A stretch of DNA of 58,930 nt, counting the filler. It is 6 parts of 6 records of this genome, joined end to end, with 100 filler letters (N's around TTAATTAATTAA, not from the genome) between each part and the next. Parts side by side here need not be neighbours in the genome. Positions count along the whole stretch, not along the records: positions 17,864 to 24,045 come from SRR31156797_24157; positions 24,146 to 33,920 come from SRR31156797_24160; 4 more parts are not named here. One strand, 5' to 3'. Below the pieces are notes generated by a model. It was not told the origin of the DNA, did not search any database, and saw only the letters and a program-made list of their open reading frames with translations. Within the stretch, counting starts at the first letter, position 1. Each line of letters begins with the position of its first letter. Below are positions 19,198-28,243 of this stretch, one piece after another. The translations under genes were made by a program, and so were the position numbers.

Positions 19198-19740
19198 ATG
19201 GCACTAGTAGAAGTAAGGGATCTTTACAAGATTTTTGCTACAAATTCTAAACGCACTATTCCGATGATAAAGGAAGGATTGTCGAAACAGGATGCACTAA
19301 TGAAATTAACAGTGCTACATTTAACATTCACAAAAATGAAACCGTTGTAGTTATGGGGCTTTCAGGTAGCGGTATGTTTACATTTATTAGATGCCAAAAT
19401 AGATTGATTAAGCCCACCGCCAGCCAAATCCTTATTGACGGTGATGATATTGTCAAAAAGGAGTCTCAAAAACTTCAAGAATTAAGACGCCGAAAGATGT
19501 CCATGGTATTTCAGAGCTTTGGGCTACTTCCCCATCGAAACGTTATAGCCAGTGTGGAATTCGGCCAGGAGCTTAGTGATATTGATAAGGTTATGCGCCG
19601 GGAAAAAGCAATGTAGGTCTTGAAGCTTGTCGGTCTTGAGGGGTTTGTATTCAGCCTCCCCAAGGAGGGAGCTTTCCGGAGGGATGCAGCAAAGGAGTGG
19701 CTTGGTTATAGCTTTTGCAAATAATCCTGAGCATCTTTAA
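19198..19740 (+). pseudogene. opuAA: Glycine betaine/proline ABC transporter ATPase (OpuAA/ProV) pseudogene
   Basis: GAGGAG RBS; MALVEVRDLYKIF start; frameshift near 19305; degenerate Walker A (MGLSGSGMFT); MVFQSFGLLPHR; TAG at 19614-19616; frameshifted LSGGMQQR...ANNPE remnant; 3' half and permease missing. Confidence 0.85.
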
Positions 19741-19764
19741 TACATTATAATGTGAGGTATCTAT

Positions 19765-19911
19765 ATAGAAGAAAGAATTGTTCTTATTTGCCCAGAATGC
19801 AAAGTAGAGCTGAAAACAGAAAAAAGTTTAGACATTGAAAATGGAAGCTTTCGTTGTCCTTCTTGTGGGAAACGTGTTCAAATGACAATGAAGAAGAAAA
19901 AGAGAAGATAG
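19765..19911 (+). CDS. 48-aa zinc-ribbon-like small protein (ATA start, non-canonical or mutated)
   Basis: GAGGT RBS, then ATA-EERIVLICPECKVELKTEKSLDIENGSFRCPSCGKRVQMTMKKKKRR-TAG; two CxxC knuckles; absent from the ORF track. Confidence 0.55.
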   Translation: MEERIVLICPECKVELKTEKSLDIENGSFRCPSCGKRVQMTMKKKKRR

Positions 19912-19982
19912 AAACTTTTCTCTTTTAAATAACAAAACCTATATTAAGGGCTTTTGATTAAGCTCTCTATATCAAACAAAGG

Positions 19983-20217
19983 TGAAGTAATTCAACTTAG
20001 TACCATTCTGGTGAGACTGCCAATGTAGATGCAGTGGTAGATCGAACCGGTAAATTAAAAGGGAAATGTGGAGTGAAAAATTTTTATTTAGAACTGGGGT
20101 TTATTCAGGGTCTTTTTTAGGCAATGGATTATACTACACCACGTGGTATAAAGTGAGTCGCAAGGCGAAACTTAAGCACTCTAACTCTATGAAAAATAGG
20201 GTTGGGGTGTTTTTTTT
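19983..20217 (+). ncRNA. Candidate cis-regulatory structured RNA leader, copy 2 (core 20088-20217)
   Basis: Same hairpin series as copy 1 with structure-preserving changes; terminator ends 26 nt before the KamA-family ATG. Confidence 0.8.
20174..20217 (+). terminator. Intrinsic terminator within leader copy 2
   Basis: AAGCACTCTAACTCTAT-GAAAA-ATAGGGTTGGGGTGTTT (17 bp, 4 G-U) followed by T-run. Confidence 0.82.
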
Positions 20218-20243
20218 ATCCCACCCGTAAACCGGGAGGCGTA

Positions 20244-21419
20244 ATGCTCACGACGATGAATGAATTAAAAAACAATTGGCAGGCAAATCAAATGCACTGG
20301 ACGGAGGAATTGCAACACAATATAACCTCTGTGGATAAGCTCAAGGTGTATCTGCCGATCAGCCCAAAGGAAGAGGCTGATATCCGGCGGATTTGCGATA
20401 TCCATCCAATGAACATCCCCAGATACTATCTATCCCTAATCGATCCCGATAATCCCGAAGATCCAATTAGGAAACTGGCTATACCTGTTAGCGATGAATT
20501 GATAGTGGCCGGAAAGATGGGTGAAACCACCGCCGATCCCTATGGAGACGATAAACACAACATGGGAAACGGTATTTTGCATAAATATCCCTATTCCGCC
20601 CTGGTGGTGGCCACCGAGTATTGCTCCATGTACTGTCGGCACTGCTTCAGGAAGAGGCTGGTGGGGCTCCCAAATGATCAGACGGTAAAAAACTTCCTCA
20701 ATGCCGTGGAGTACATCAAGGAGCATAAAGAGATAACGAATGTGATTATCTCCGGCGGGGATCCCCTGCTGCTGCCTACAGAGATACTAAAGAAGATGTT
20801 GACCCCGCTTATGGAGATCGATCATGTCAACTATGTTCGTATCGGAAGCCGGGCTCCGGTGGTATTCCCTCATCGCTTTTTTGAAGATGATCTTTTAGAT
20901 TTCTTTGAGGCATTTAACCTGTCAAAAACTCTATATCTGCCCACCCACTTCAACCATGCAAACGAGATTACCCCACTGGCGATTGAGGCGGTTTCCAGGA
21001 TAAGGCAAACCGGTACCACCGTAAACAACCAGGCGGTATTCCTGCGCGGAGTCAATGACACCCCCGAAGCTCTTGAGAATTTAATGAACGGTCTGGTAAG
21101 GATCGGGATCAACCCCTACTACCTGTATCAGTGTATGCCAGTGGAAAGGGTGAGAAGCCATTTCCAGATTCCCCTGAAGGAGGGTATCGATACGGTAACC
21201 GCCGCCAAAAGCCGATTGGACGGATATGCCAAGCGATTCAAATTCATCATGGGCCACGATTCCGGGAAAATTGAAATATGCGGACGTCATAAGGATACCC
21301 TGATTATGAGCCGGATTCATGCACGCCCCGAGGGTGTTGATGAGGAGTCTATTCTCCTGCGAAAGCTGAATGAGTCCGGCGGATGGCTGGAAGACTTTTC
21401 ACCGATTAATGGCAAATGA
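20244..21419 (+). CDS. KamA-family radical SAM, PLP-dependent 2,3-aminomutase (substrate uncertain)
   Basis: GGAGG before ATG 20244; DPIRK, HKYP, CSMYCRHCFRKR (CxxxCxxC), ISGGDPL, RIGSR, THFNH, NQAVFLRGVND, PYYLYQC, SGKIEI (probable PLP Lys). Confidence 0.9.
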   Translation: MLTTMNELKNNWQANQMHWTEELQHNITSVDKLKVYLPISPKEEADIRRICDIHPMNIPRYYLSLIDPDNPEDPIRKLAIPVSDELIVAGKMGETTADPYGDDKHNMGNGILHKYPYSALVVATEYCSMYCRHCFRKRLVGLPNDQTVKNFLNAVEYIKEHKEITNVIISGGDPLLLPTEILKKMLTPLMEIDHVNYVRIGSRAPVVFPHRFFEDDLLDFFEAFNLSKTLYLPTHFNHANEITPLAIEAVSRIRQTGTTVNNQAVFLRGVNDTPEALENLMNGLVRIGINPYYLYQCMPVERVRSHFQIPLKEGIDTVTAAKSRLDGYAKRFKFIMGHDSGKIEICGRHKDTLIMSRIHARPEGVDEESILLRKLNESGGWLEDFSPINGK

Positions 21420-21519
21420 CAAAGAGTTCGGCAGCATTAAATGTCGAAAAAGCCGGGTAAACCCGGACAATCATAAGTTTATTGAAGCTTGTGGTTGACT
21501 TTTTATAGGAGTAACCAAA

Positions 21520-23634
21520 ATGGAAAATGAAGATATCTCACTAACGACAATATACGGGTCCAATCTGTTTAGCAATTCCGTCTTACAGGAAAGGCTGCCT
21601 CAGAAGGACTTTGAAACGATAAAGAAAGTACAACGCGGAGAGGAAAAGCTTTCCCGAGAACTCAGCGCCAAGGTAGCGGTGGCCATGAAAGAGTGGGCCC
21701 TGGAAAAAGGCGCCACCCACTATAGCCACTGGTTTCACCCCATGACAGGAGCCACAGCAGAAAAGCACGACTCTTTTATCGAGCCAACCGCCGAAGGTAA
21801 TGTGCTACTCGATTTCTCCGCAGATTCGCTTCTGCAGGGTGAACCGGATGCCTCCTCGTTCCCTTCGGGAGGCCTGCGGGAGACCTTTGAGGCCCGTGGA
21901 TATACCGCCTGGGATACCACCAGTCCCGCTTTTCTAAGAGACGATGGAGCCGGCAAAACCCTGACAATTCCCACGGCTTTCATATCCTACGATGGCCATA
22001 GTCTGGATACCAAAACACCGTTGTTAAAATCCATAAATGCCCTGAGCGTACAGGCCAGGAGAGTGTTAATGTCCCTGGGAATGGAGGATGTGAAAACTGT
22101 CATCCCAACAGTAGGGCCTGAACAGGAGTACTTCCTGGTGGACAGAAAGTTTTACGAAAAACGACCGGACCTGCTGCTCACGGGACGGACAATCTTCGGC
22201 TCCATGCCCGCTAAGGGGCAAGAGCTTGATGACCACTACTTCGGAGCCATCAAGGATCGTGTAAAAAGATTCATGAAGGACTTAAACGAAGAGCTCTGGA
22301 AGCTCGGAATTAGCGCTAAAACACAACACAACGAGGTGGCGCCTAATCAGTTTGAATTGGCGACAGTGTTCAGCACCGCTAATATTGCAACCGACAACAA
22401 TCAAATATGTATGGAGATTATGCAGCGGGTTGCAGAGCGTCACGACCTGGTCTGTCTGCTCCACGAAAAACCCTTTCACGGATTCAATGGTTCCGGTAAG
22501 CACAACAACTGGTCGCTTTCAACCGATGGAGGTGTGAATCTTCTCACTCCGGGGGACGATCCCGGCTCTAACACGCGTTTTCTCCTTTTCCTCGTCTCTA
22601 TTATAAAAGCGGTCGATCTATATGCGCCCTTGCTACGCCTCTCCGCCGCCAACCGGGGAAATGATCTGCGGTTGGGAGGTCATGAGGCGCCCCCAGCAGT
22701 AATAAGTGTTTATCTTGGTGATTTGCTCACTGAAATCCTCGAAGGCTTGGGGTGCGGTGAGGATGTAGAGTGCCAGGATCAGGGATATCTGAAGACGGGA
22801 ACCTCCAATCTTCCACGGCTCCCCAAGGATACCTCCGACAGGAATAGGACCAGCCCCTTCGCCTTTACAGGTAATAAATTCGAATTTCGGATGGTTCCTT
22901 CTTCAGGCTCTATCGCTGAACCCAACATAGTCCTCAACACCGCAGTAGCTGATGTTCTGGCCGAAATGGCCGAAAGACTAGAGCAAAGCACCGACACAGA
23001 AAAAGCCGCCAGGGCCATGGTGAAAGAATACTACAACAAGCACCACAGAATTATATTCAACGGCGATGGTTATTCAGACACCTGGGCAGAAGAGGCTCGT
23101 CACCGTGGACTTCCCTGTTTTCAAACCACCATTGATGTACTTCCGGAACTTGTAAAACCTTACACCCGGGACCTCTTTCGCAGACGTAAGGTATTCACTG
23201 AGCAGGAACTGGAATCTCGGCTCAATGTGTACCTTGAGCGGTATATAAAAGAGGTCAATATCGAAGCTGCGGTGGCGGTGGAGATGACGGAAAGGCAGAT
23301 AATTCCCGCAGCCCTTGGCTATGCCGGTGGCATTGCAGAATCCCTGAATCGAAGTAAGACGATCATTCCTGATCTGGATATTTCGGAAGAGCAAAGCCTT
23401 TTGTCAATGATTCATGCGGATACCCGCGAGTTAATCAAACTGGCCGCCAAGCTGGAAAGGGAGCGCAGTGAACTCCTTGGTGAAGAAAACCTGCATCGGC
23501 AGGGAGAGGGTTTCAAAGAAGCTGTCCTCCCCCTGCTGGAAGAACTGCGGACCAGAGCAGATTCACTGGAAAAACGATTATCCAAAGAAGCCTGGCCCTT
23601 TCCCGGGTATGAGGACCTGCTCTTTCGCTTGTAA
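21520..23634 (+). CDS. glnN: Glutamine synthetase type III
   Basis: 704 aa; GATHYSHWFHPMTG-TAEKHDSF, EPDASSFPSGG, GPEQEYFL, HNEVAPNQFE, HEKPF-GFNGSGKHNNWS, DRNRTSPFAFTGNKFEFR, WPFPGY. Confidence 0.94.
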   Translation: MENEDISLTTIYGSNLFSNSVLQERLPQKDFETIKKVQRGEEKLSRELSAKVAVAMKEWALEKGATHYSHWFHPMTGATAEKHDSFIEPTAEGNVLLDFSADSLLQGEPDASSFPSGGLRETFEARGYTAWDTTSPAFLRDDGAGKTLTIPTAFISYDGHSLDTKTPLLKSINALSVQARRVLMSLGMEDVKTVIPTVGPEQEYFLVDRKFYEKRPDLLLTGRTIFGSMPAKGQELDDHYFGAIKDRVKRFMKDLNEELWKLGISAKTQHNEVAPNQFELATVFSTANIATDNNQICMEIMQRVAERHDLVCLLHEKPFHGFNGSGKHNNWSLSTDGGVNLLTPGDDPGSNTRFLLFLVSIIKAVDLYAPLLRLSAANRGNDLRLGGHEAPPAVISVYLGDLLTEILEGLGCGEDVECQDQGYLKTGTSNLPRLPKDTSDRNRTSPFAFTGNKFEFRMVPSSGSIAEPNIVLNTAVADVLAEMAERLEQSTDTEKAARAMVKEYYNKHHRIIFNGDGYSDTWAEEARHRGLPCFQTTIDVLPELVKPYTRDLFRRRKVFTEQELESRLNVYLERYIKEVNIEAAVAVEMTERQIIPAALGYAGGIAESLNRSKTIIPDLDISEEQSLLSMIHADTRELIKLAAKLERERSELLGEENLHRQGEGFKEAVLPLLEELRTRADSLEKRLSKEAWPFPGYEDLLFRL

Positions 23635-23675
23635 AACAATTGATAGATGTATCGCTTTTCATCGCAACCTGAAGG

Positions 23676-23711
23676 ATAGACTGCATCTTAAGTTATTAAG
23701 ATGCAGTCTAT
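23676..23711. terminator. Perfect 16-bp hairpin downstream of GSIII (likely terminator)
   Basis: ATAGACTGCATCTTAA-GTTA-TTAAGATGCAGTCTAT. Confidence 0.65.
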
Positions 23712-23831
23712 ATTCATACGTTCATTTTCATTCACTGCTGTCCGGTTAAATAAAATAATTGGTTAGTAAATCCCGGAATCCTTTGTAAAATGAGTTTGGG
23801 CAAACCATTACAAGGGAGAGAATTACTAACC

Positions 23832-23906
23832 ATGAAGAAGTATAGCACAGTGCTGAATTCTTTGAGTAGTCATATTTCACGATATGATTTCAATAAAATC
23901 GTTAAC
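23832..23906 (+). pseudogene. Possible N-terminal remnant of an IS4-family transposase
   Basis: MKKYSTVLNSLSSHISRYDFNKIVN resembles the DUF4372 N-terminus; similarity ends abruptly. Confidence 0.35.
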
Positions 23907-24045
23907 CCGCATTTCTCACCAGGTTTATAACTGAAAAAGGATTTCCCATGTTAAAGTATTTGTGACTTAACAATAACACTAACAAAAAAGGAAATCCTAT
24001 ATGAATACAAAGTGTAAGTAACCGTCAATTTCCCAGGCCCTACGA

Positions 24046-24145
24046 NNNNNNNNNNNNNNNNNNNNNNNNNNNNNNNNNNNNNNNNNNNNTTAATTAATTA
24101 ANNNNNNNNNNNNNNNNNNNNNNNNNNNNNNNNNNNNNNNNNNNN
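24046..24145. other. Artificial contig spacer
   Basis: N-run, TTAATTAATTAA, N-run. Confidence 0.98.
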
Positions 24146-25218
24146 CATTCGTGCCCAAAAGAGATACGTCCGGGTAAAGGCCATTTACGGGCAATTCCAT
24201 TCGTTCCACTTAGCATATGAATTCGTGAATATGGTCTTGTTGAAGTAACATCGTGCTGCACCATAATGGTGCGTCCTTTTGATGTTCTGATGGTTGTTGT
24301 ATTCATGTTTCCACGATACTTTTTCCCTGCAAATTCCTGATAAAAGGAATCGCTCTTCGCTAACTCATTTACTTTCGCCTCCATCTGAAAATCATTTGAC
24401 GACATTGAAACAAGAAAATCCATTTTGTCTCCCCGGTTAATGTTCATTGCCTGACAGACCGGTCCCAGACCATGCGTAGGGTATAAATTCCCGTTTCGTT
24501 GTCCGTTTTCTTTAAGCCTCCACATGTCGGCATAACCTGTTTTCCGGAAATTTAATTCAAGTAAGTTATGGATATAAGCACCTTCGGCATGAACCAGTTC
24601 GCCGAATAATCCCTGACGGGCCATATTTAGGGTAAGCAGCTCAAAAAAGTCGTAACAGCAGTTTTCGAGCATCATACAATGTTTACGGGTACTTTCAGAG
24701 GTCTCAACCAATTGCCAGCATTCGTCTATAGTTTTTGCTGCCGGCACTTCTACAGCAGCATGTTTTCCGTGCTCCATAGCATAAACAGCCATTGGGGTGT
24801 GCAAATCCCAGGGTGTTACAATGTAAATCAAATCGATGTCTGGGTTTTCACACATCAATTTCCAGGCATTTTTACTTCCCGAATAAGATTTTGCCCGAGG
24901 CAATCCTTTCTTCTCCAGATACTTTTGCATTTTTTCTACCCGGTCTTCATACTGATCACACAATGCCACAATTTCAACACCTTCGATATACGACATCCGT
25001 TCAACAGCACCAGGGCCACGCATCCCTAATCCTACAAATCCTATACGAACTTTGTCTAGTTTCGGAGCTTTAAAGCCACACATATTATACTTTCCTTTCG
25101 AGCTTCTTTCAATGCCGATATCGTTTCCAACCTGTGCAGATACTTTGGAAACCAAACCTGTAGATAGCATACCTGCTCCTATCAGGGAATTACGTAGAAA
25201 ACTTCTTCTGTTTGTCAT
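24146..25218 (-). CDS. GH109 / Gfo-Idh-MocA NAD-dependent glycosidase, 3'-truncated
   Basis: Tat signal NRRSFL; VGLGMRG, VTPWDLH, VEVPAA, MLENCCY, YPTHGLGP. Confidence 0.88.
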
Positions 25219-25257
25219 AATAGTCTATCTTTTGTTATTTATTTTCTTCTTTTATCA

Positions 25258-26112
25258 TCACCCAAACTCAGGGCCGCTAATTAAAAACTGATTTTGAGGA
25301 ATACCGGGGTAAGGATTTTTATGTTGATACATTCTGTAGAAAGGACGCTGAATTGTAAATCCCAGTAAAATAAGCCACACAAGAAAGTCCTTATTAAAAA
25401 AGGGAACATCTATTACAACTGCTTGCCCTTCCAGATCTTTGAGTACCTTTAATAACAGTGCTTTTCCACAGGCTACACTCTCAGTTAATAAAGGGCCAAC
25501 CTGAAAATAACGCGTACCTTTTCGTCCCATAACAATTCCATCAACTTTTCCACCTCTTTTTATCATCCACGAATTATCTGGATTGTTTTTATACAGGTAT
25601 TCAAGCAAATATTTTCGGTCTGCCCCAAACACCTGACAATCTAATCCTGCCGCCTCAAGAATATCCTTTCGGCAAAACTTTTCTATTGGACTACCACATT
25701 CGTTATCATCAAGATTTAATACTACTGCCGGGTTTGTTAGTCTAAATATATTATACTCATTTTCGAAGCCGAACTTCTGGTAAACCGGTTGCCCGACAGG
25801 TGTTGCGTCTAATTTTATAGAACAACAGTGTTTTAATTTTTCGAACAACTCCAAAAGTAAAAGTTTACTTATCCCTTTACCTCGAAAATTTTTATTCACC
25901 AGCACCATCCCAATCCAGGCTACATCGTTATTATAAACAGTAGCTGTTGCAGTACCAACAATTTTTCCTTCATCAACAGCAGCGAGGCAAATGTTTTCGG
26001 GCGTAGAAATTAAAAATTCCCAATCGGCTTCCGTTTGATTCCACTTTTCGGCACTCGAAAGTTCCACTGCCTTATCAATGTCGTTAACCGTTAGCGTTCT
26101 CAGTTTAACCAT
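25258..26112 (-). CDS. Tandem GNAT N-acetyltransferase (YitH-like)
   Basis: WNQTEADW, WIGMVLV-FRGKGI, LDATPVGQPVYQKFGF, QVGPL, C-terminal GPEFG. Confidence 0.8.
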   Translation of the reverse strand: MVKLRTLTVNDIDKAVELSSAEKWNQTEADWEFLISTPENICLAAVDEGKIVGTATATVYNNDVAWIGMVLVNKNFRGKGISKLLLLELFEKLKHCCSIKLDATPVGQPVYQKFGFENEYNIFRLTNPAVVLNLDDNECGSPIEKFCRKDILEAAGLDCQVFGADRKYLLEYLYKNNPDNSWMIKRGGKVDGIVMGRKGTRYFQVGPLLTESVACGKALLLKVLKDLEGQAVVIDVPFFNKDFLVWLILLGFTIQRPFYRMYQHKNPYPGIPQNQFLISGPEFG

Positions 26113-27167
26113 TTTTGCAGATTTTTTTTAATAAACTCATCATCGTTCAAGTGAGGATAAGAAGCATAAACCCGGTCAATCTCTTCCTTTTGCCCCGGCG
26201 AAAGTGTTTCGGCTTCATTCAATGTCCAGATTCCTTCAAGCAAACCTTGTCTTCGCAATACTTCGTGTATTCCGGTGATACAACCAGAGAAATTATATGC
26301 CACATCGAAAAAAGCGGCATTGCTATCGGTAATTTGATTGGCAAGAATTAGTGCTTCCGCCACATCATTGGAGTACTTTCCTCTTTGAATATTTTCGAGC
26401 AATTGAACTGCTGCACGTGTCCATACAGCCCAATGCCCGAGCAAACCACCAACTACTTTTTTAGATATCGTTTCACCGTTAAATTCAATTTTATATTCTG
26501 CCAATAAGTCCACAAGAATATTATCATCATTGCCTGTGTAAAGAGAAATCTCATCAGACCTGCCCGACTCAACAACGCCCCGCACCACATCGAAAGTGTA
26601 GTATCGGTTAAATGGTGCCATTTTTATTGCAATAACATTTTCGATTTGGGCAAATTCGCGCCAAAAATCAACATCAAGCCTTCTGCCTCCAACGGCTGGT
26701 TGAAGATAAAATCCCACAACCGGAATTATTTCGGCTACAGCTTTACAATGTTCCAGAATTTCTTCATTCGAAGCATCTTTAAAAGCGGCAACACCAAGTA
26801 ATACAGCATGAAAGCCTTTCTCCTTTGCTAACTGAGCTTCAGCCAAAGCCTGAGCTGTTTTACCAATTACACCAGCAATGCGCATAATTGGCTTCGCTGT
26901 TTCTCTTGTATAGTTGTCGAATTCTTCCTTTGCAATCTGCAATATGGGTTCATACAGGTTATACTCTGGCAAGCGGATTTCAAATTGTGTGGTATGTACA
27001 GCTACTGCTACTCCTCCTGCTCCTGCATCAAGGTAATAACGCATTAATGCCCGTTGGCGTCTTTCATCTAACTCGCGATTTTTATTCAGCGCCAATGGCA
27101 ATGCGGGTATAACCATTCCTTTCTGGAACGAACTAAATATATCTTGTGGTATTTCAGTGTATTTCAT
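26100..27167 (-). CDS. Dihydrodipicolinate synthase/N-acetylneuraminate lyase-superfamily protein of unknown substrate
   Basis: VIPALPLAL, AVAVHTTQF, GFYLQPAVGG, IKMAPFNRY (Schiff-base Lys), YTGNDD. Confidence 0.82.
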   Translation of the reverse strand: MKYTEIPQDIFSSFQKGMVIPALPLALNKNRELDERRQRALMRYYLDAGAGGVAVAVHTTQFEIRLPEYNLYEPILQIAKEEFDNYTRETAKPIMRIAGVIGKTAQALAEAQLAKEKGFHAVLLGVAAFKDASNEEILEHCKAVAEIIPVVGFYLQPAVGGRRLDVDFWREFAQIENVIAIKMAPFNRYYTFDVVRGVVESGRSDEISLYTGNDDNILVDLLAEYKIEFNGETISKKVVGGLLGHWAVWTRAAVQLLENIQRGKYSNDVAEALILANQITDSNAAFFDVAYNFSGCITGIHEVLRRQGLLEGIWTLNEAETLSPGQKEEIDRVYASYPHLNDDEFIKKNLQKWLN

Positions 27168-27205
27168 GCGAATAATTTTTTTGTTCTTATGTTACCTGTC
27201 AGATT

Positions 27206-28243
27206 CTAATACTTCCCATCCCTTACTTCAAAATGGGTTGGTTTGCCTAATAATTCCTTTTCTGCCAGCATCCAGCCTGAAGTCCATTCAATTACTTTAT
27301 CTATCGGTATTTTTGGTTTTCCAAATAAATCGAAAGCTTTGCTCGAATTACTCAACAATGCCGTTGGGGCTTCAATGCCGGTAAACTTTGGCTTCTGCCC
27401 GAATATTTCCCCGAACTTAAGGGCAATTTCTTTTACCGAAAGGATTTCCTCTCCGGTAATATTAAGTACAAAGGCAGGGCTTGTTGCATGTTTTAAGGAA
27501 CGAAGAACTACCTCATTAGCATCGCCTTGCCAGATGACATTAAAGTGCCCCATGGTTAAATCAACAGGTAAGTTATTTTTTACTTTTTGTGCAATATCAA
27601 CCAATACACCGTATCTGGGTTCTACAGCATAATTTAAACGAATAATTGCTGATTTTGTCCCGTATTTTTTACTTCCATATTCGAACATCCGCTCTCGCCC
27701 CAGGCACGACTGAGCATACTCCCCAACCGGAAGTGGAACATCGGTTTCGAGCGAGCCTCCCGATTTAGTTGGTACCAGGGGATACACACAACCTGTAGAA
27801 TAAGCAACAATTCGCGATTCGTTAAAATATTCGGCTACCAGTGCAGGCAAATAAGAGTTCATTGCCCATGTTAGCGAAAGGTTGTCTTCGGAGCCGAATT
27901 TCATTCCAGCCAGAAAAAATACGTTTTTTACTTTTGGTAACGACTCCAAAAAATTTCTGTCGAGTAAGTCTCCCTTTATGGTTTCTACCCCCAGAGTTTC
28001 AATGTACTCCCTTTCTGCCGGATTACTAAAACGTGATACCCCGATTATGCGCTTTTTAACTCCCGCAGCTTCGCAGGCACGTTTTGCCATCATTGCCAGC
28101 GAAGGCCCTATCTTTCCGGCAATACCAAGAAAAATTATATCTCCATCCAATTCTTTAAAAAACTCAATAACTTCATTCGAAGGACGGGATAACAATTCGT
28201 CCAGTTGCTTTATATTTTCTATTTTTTCAGGATATTTATTCAT
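27206..28243 (-). CDS. NAD-dependent epimerase/dehydratase-family protein
   Basis: FLGIAGKIGPSL Rossmann motif, AGMKFG, YSTGCVYP, EYAQSCLGRE, RLNYA. Confidence 0.82.
   Translation of the reverse strand: MNKYPEKIENIKQLDELLSRPSNEVIEFFKELDGDIIFLGIAGKIGPSLAMMAKRACEAAGVKKRIIGVSRFSNPAEREYIETLGVETIKGDLLDRNFLESLPKVKNVFFLAGMKFGSEDNLSLTWAMNSYLPALVAEYFNESRIVAYSTGCVYPLVPTKSGGSLETDVPLPVGEYAQSCLGRERMFEYGSKKYGTKSAIIRLNYAVEPRYGVLVDIAQKVKNNLPVDLTMGHFNVIWQGDANEVVLRSLKHATSPAFVLNITGEEILSVKEIALKFGEIFGQKPKFTGIEAPTALLSNSSKAFDLFGKPKIPIDKVIEWTSGWMLAEKELLGKPTHFEVRDGKY

Noticed and set aside
19977-20022. AAAGGTGAAGTA...GGTGAGAC resembling the yybP-ykoY Mn2+ riboswitch L1
   Set aside because: Too short, P1 does not pair properly and there is no L3 motif.
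20151-20173. TGA-GTC-GCAA-GGC-GAAAC resembling hammerhead ribozyme stem II
   Set aside because: The CUGA of CUGAUGA is absent, stems I/III with a cleavage triplet cannot be formed, and copy 1 has GAAG.
20244-21419. Annotation as canonical lysine 2,3-aminomutase (kamA/ablA) or EpmB
   Set aside because: The lysine-binding Asp positions appear substituted and the usual partner genes are not adjacent, so no symbol was assigned.
23906-24045. Possible left end of another IS (CCCGCATTTCTC..., MNTKCK)
   Set aside because: The frame stops after six codons and there is no second end to compare; cannot be supported.
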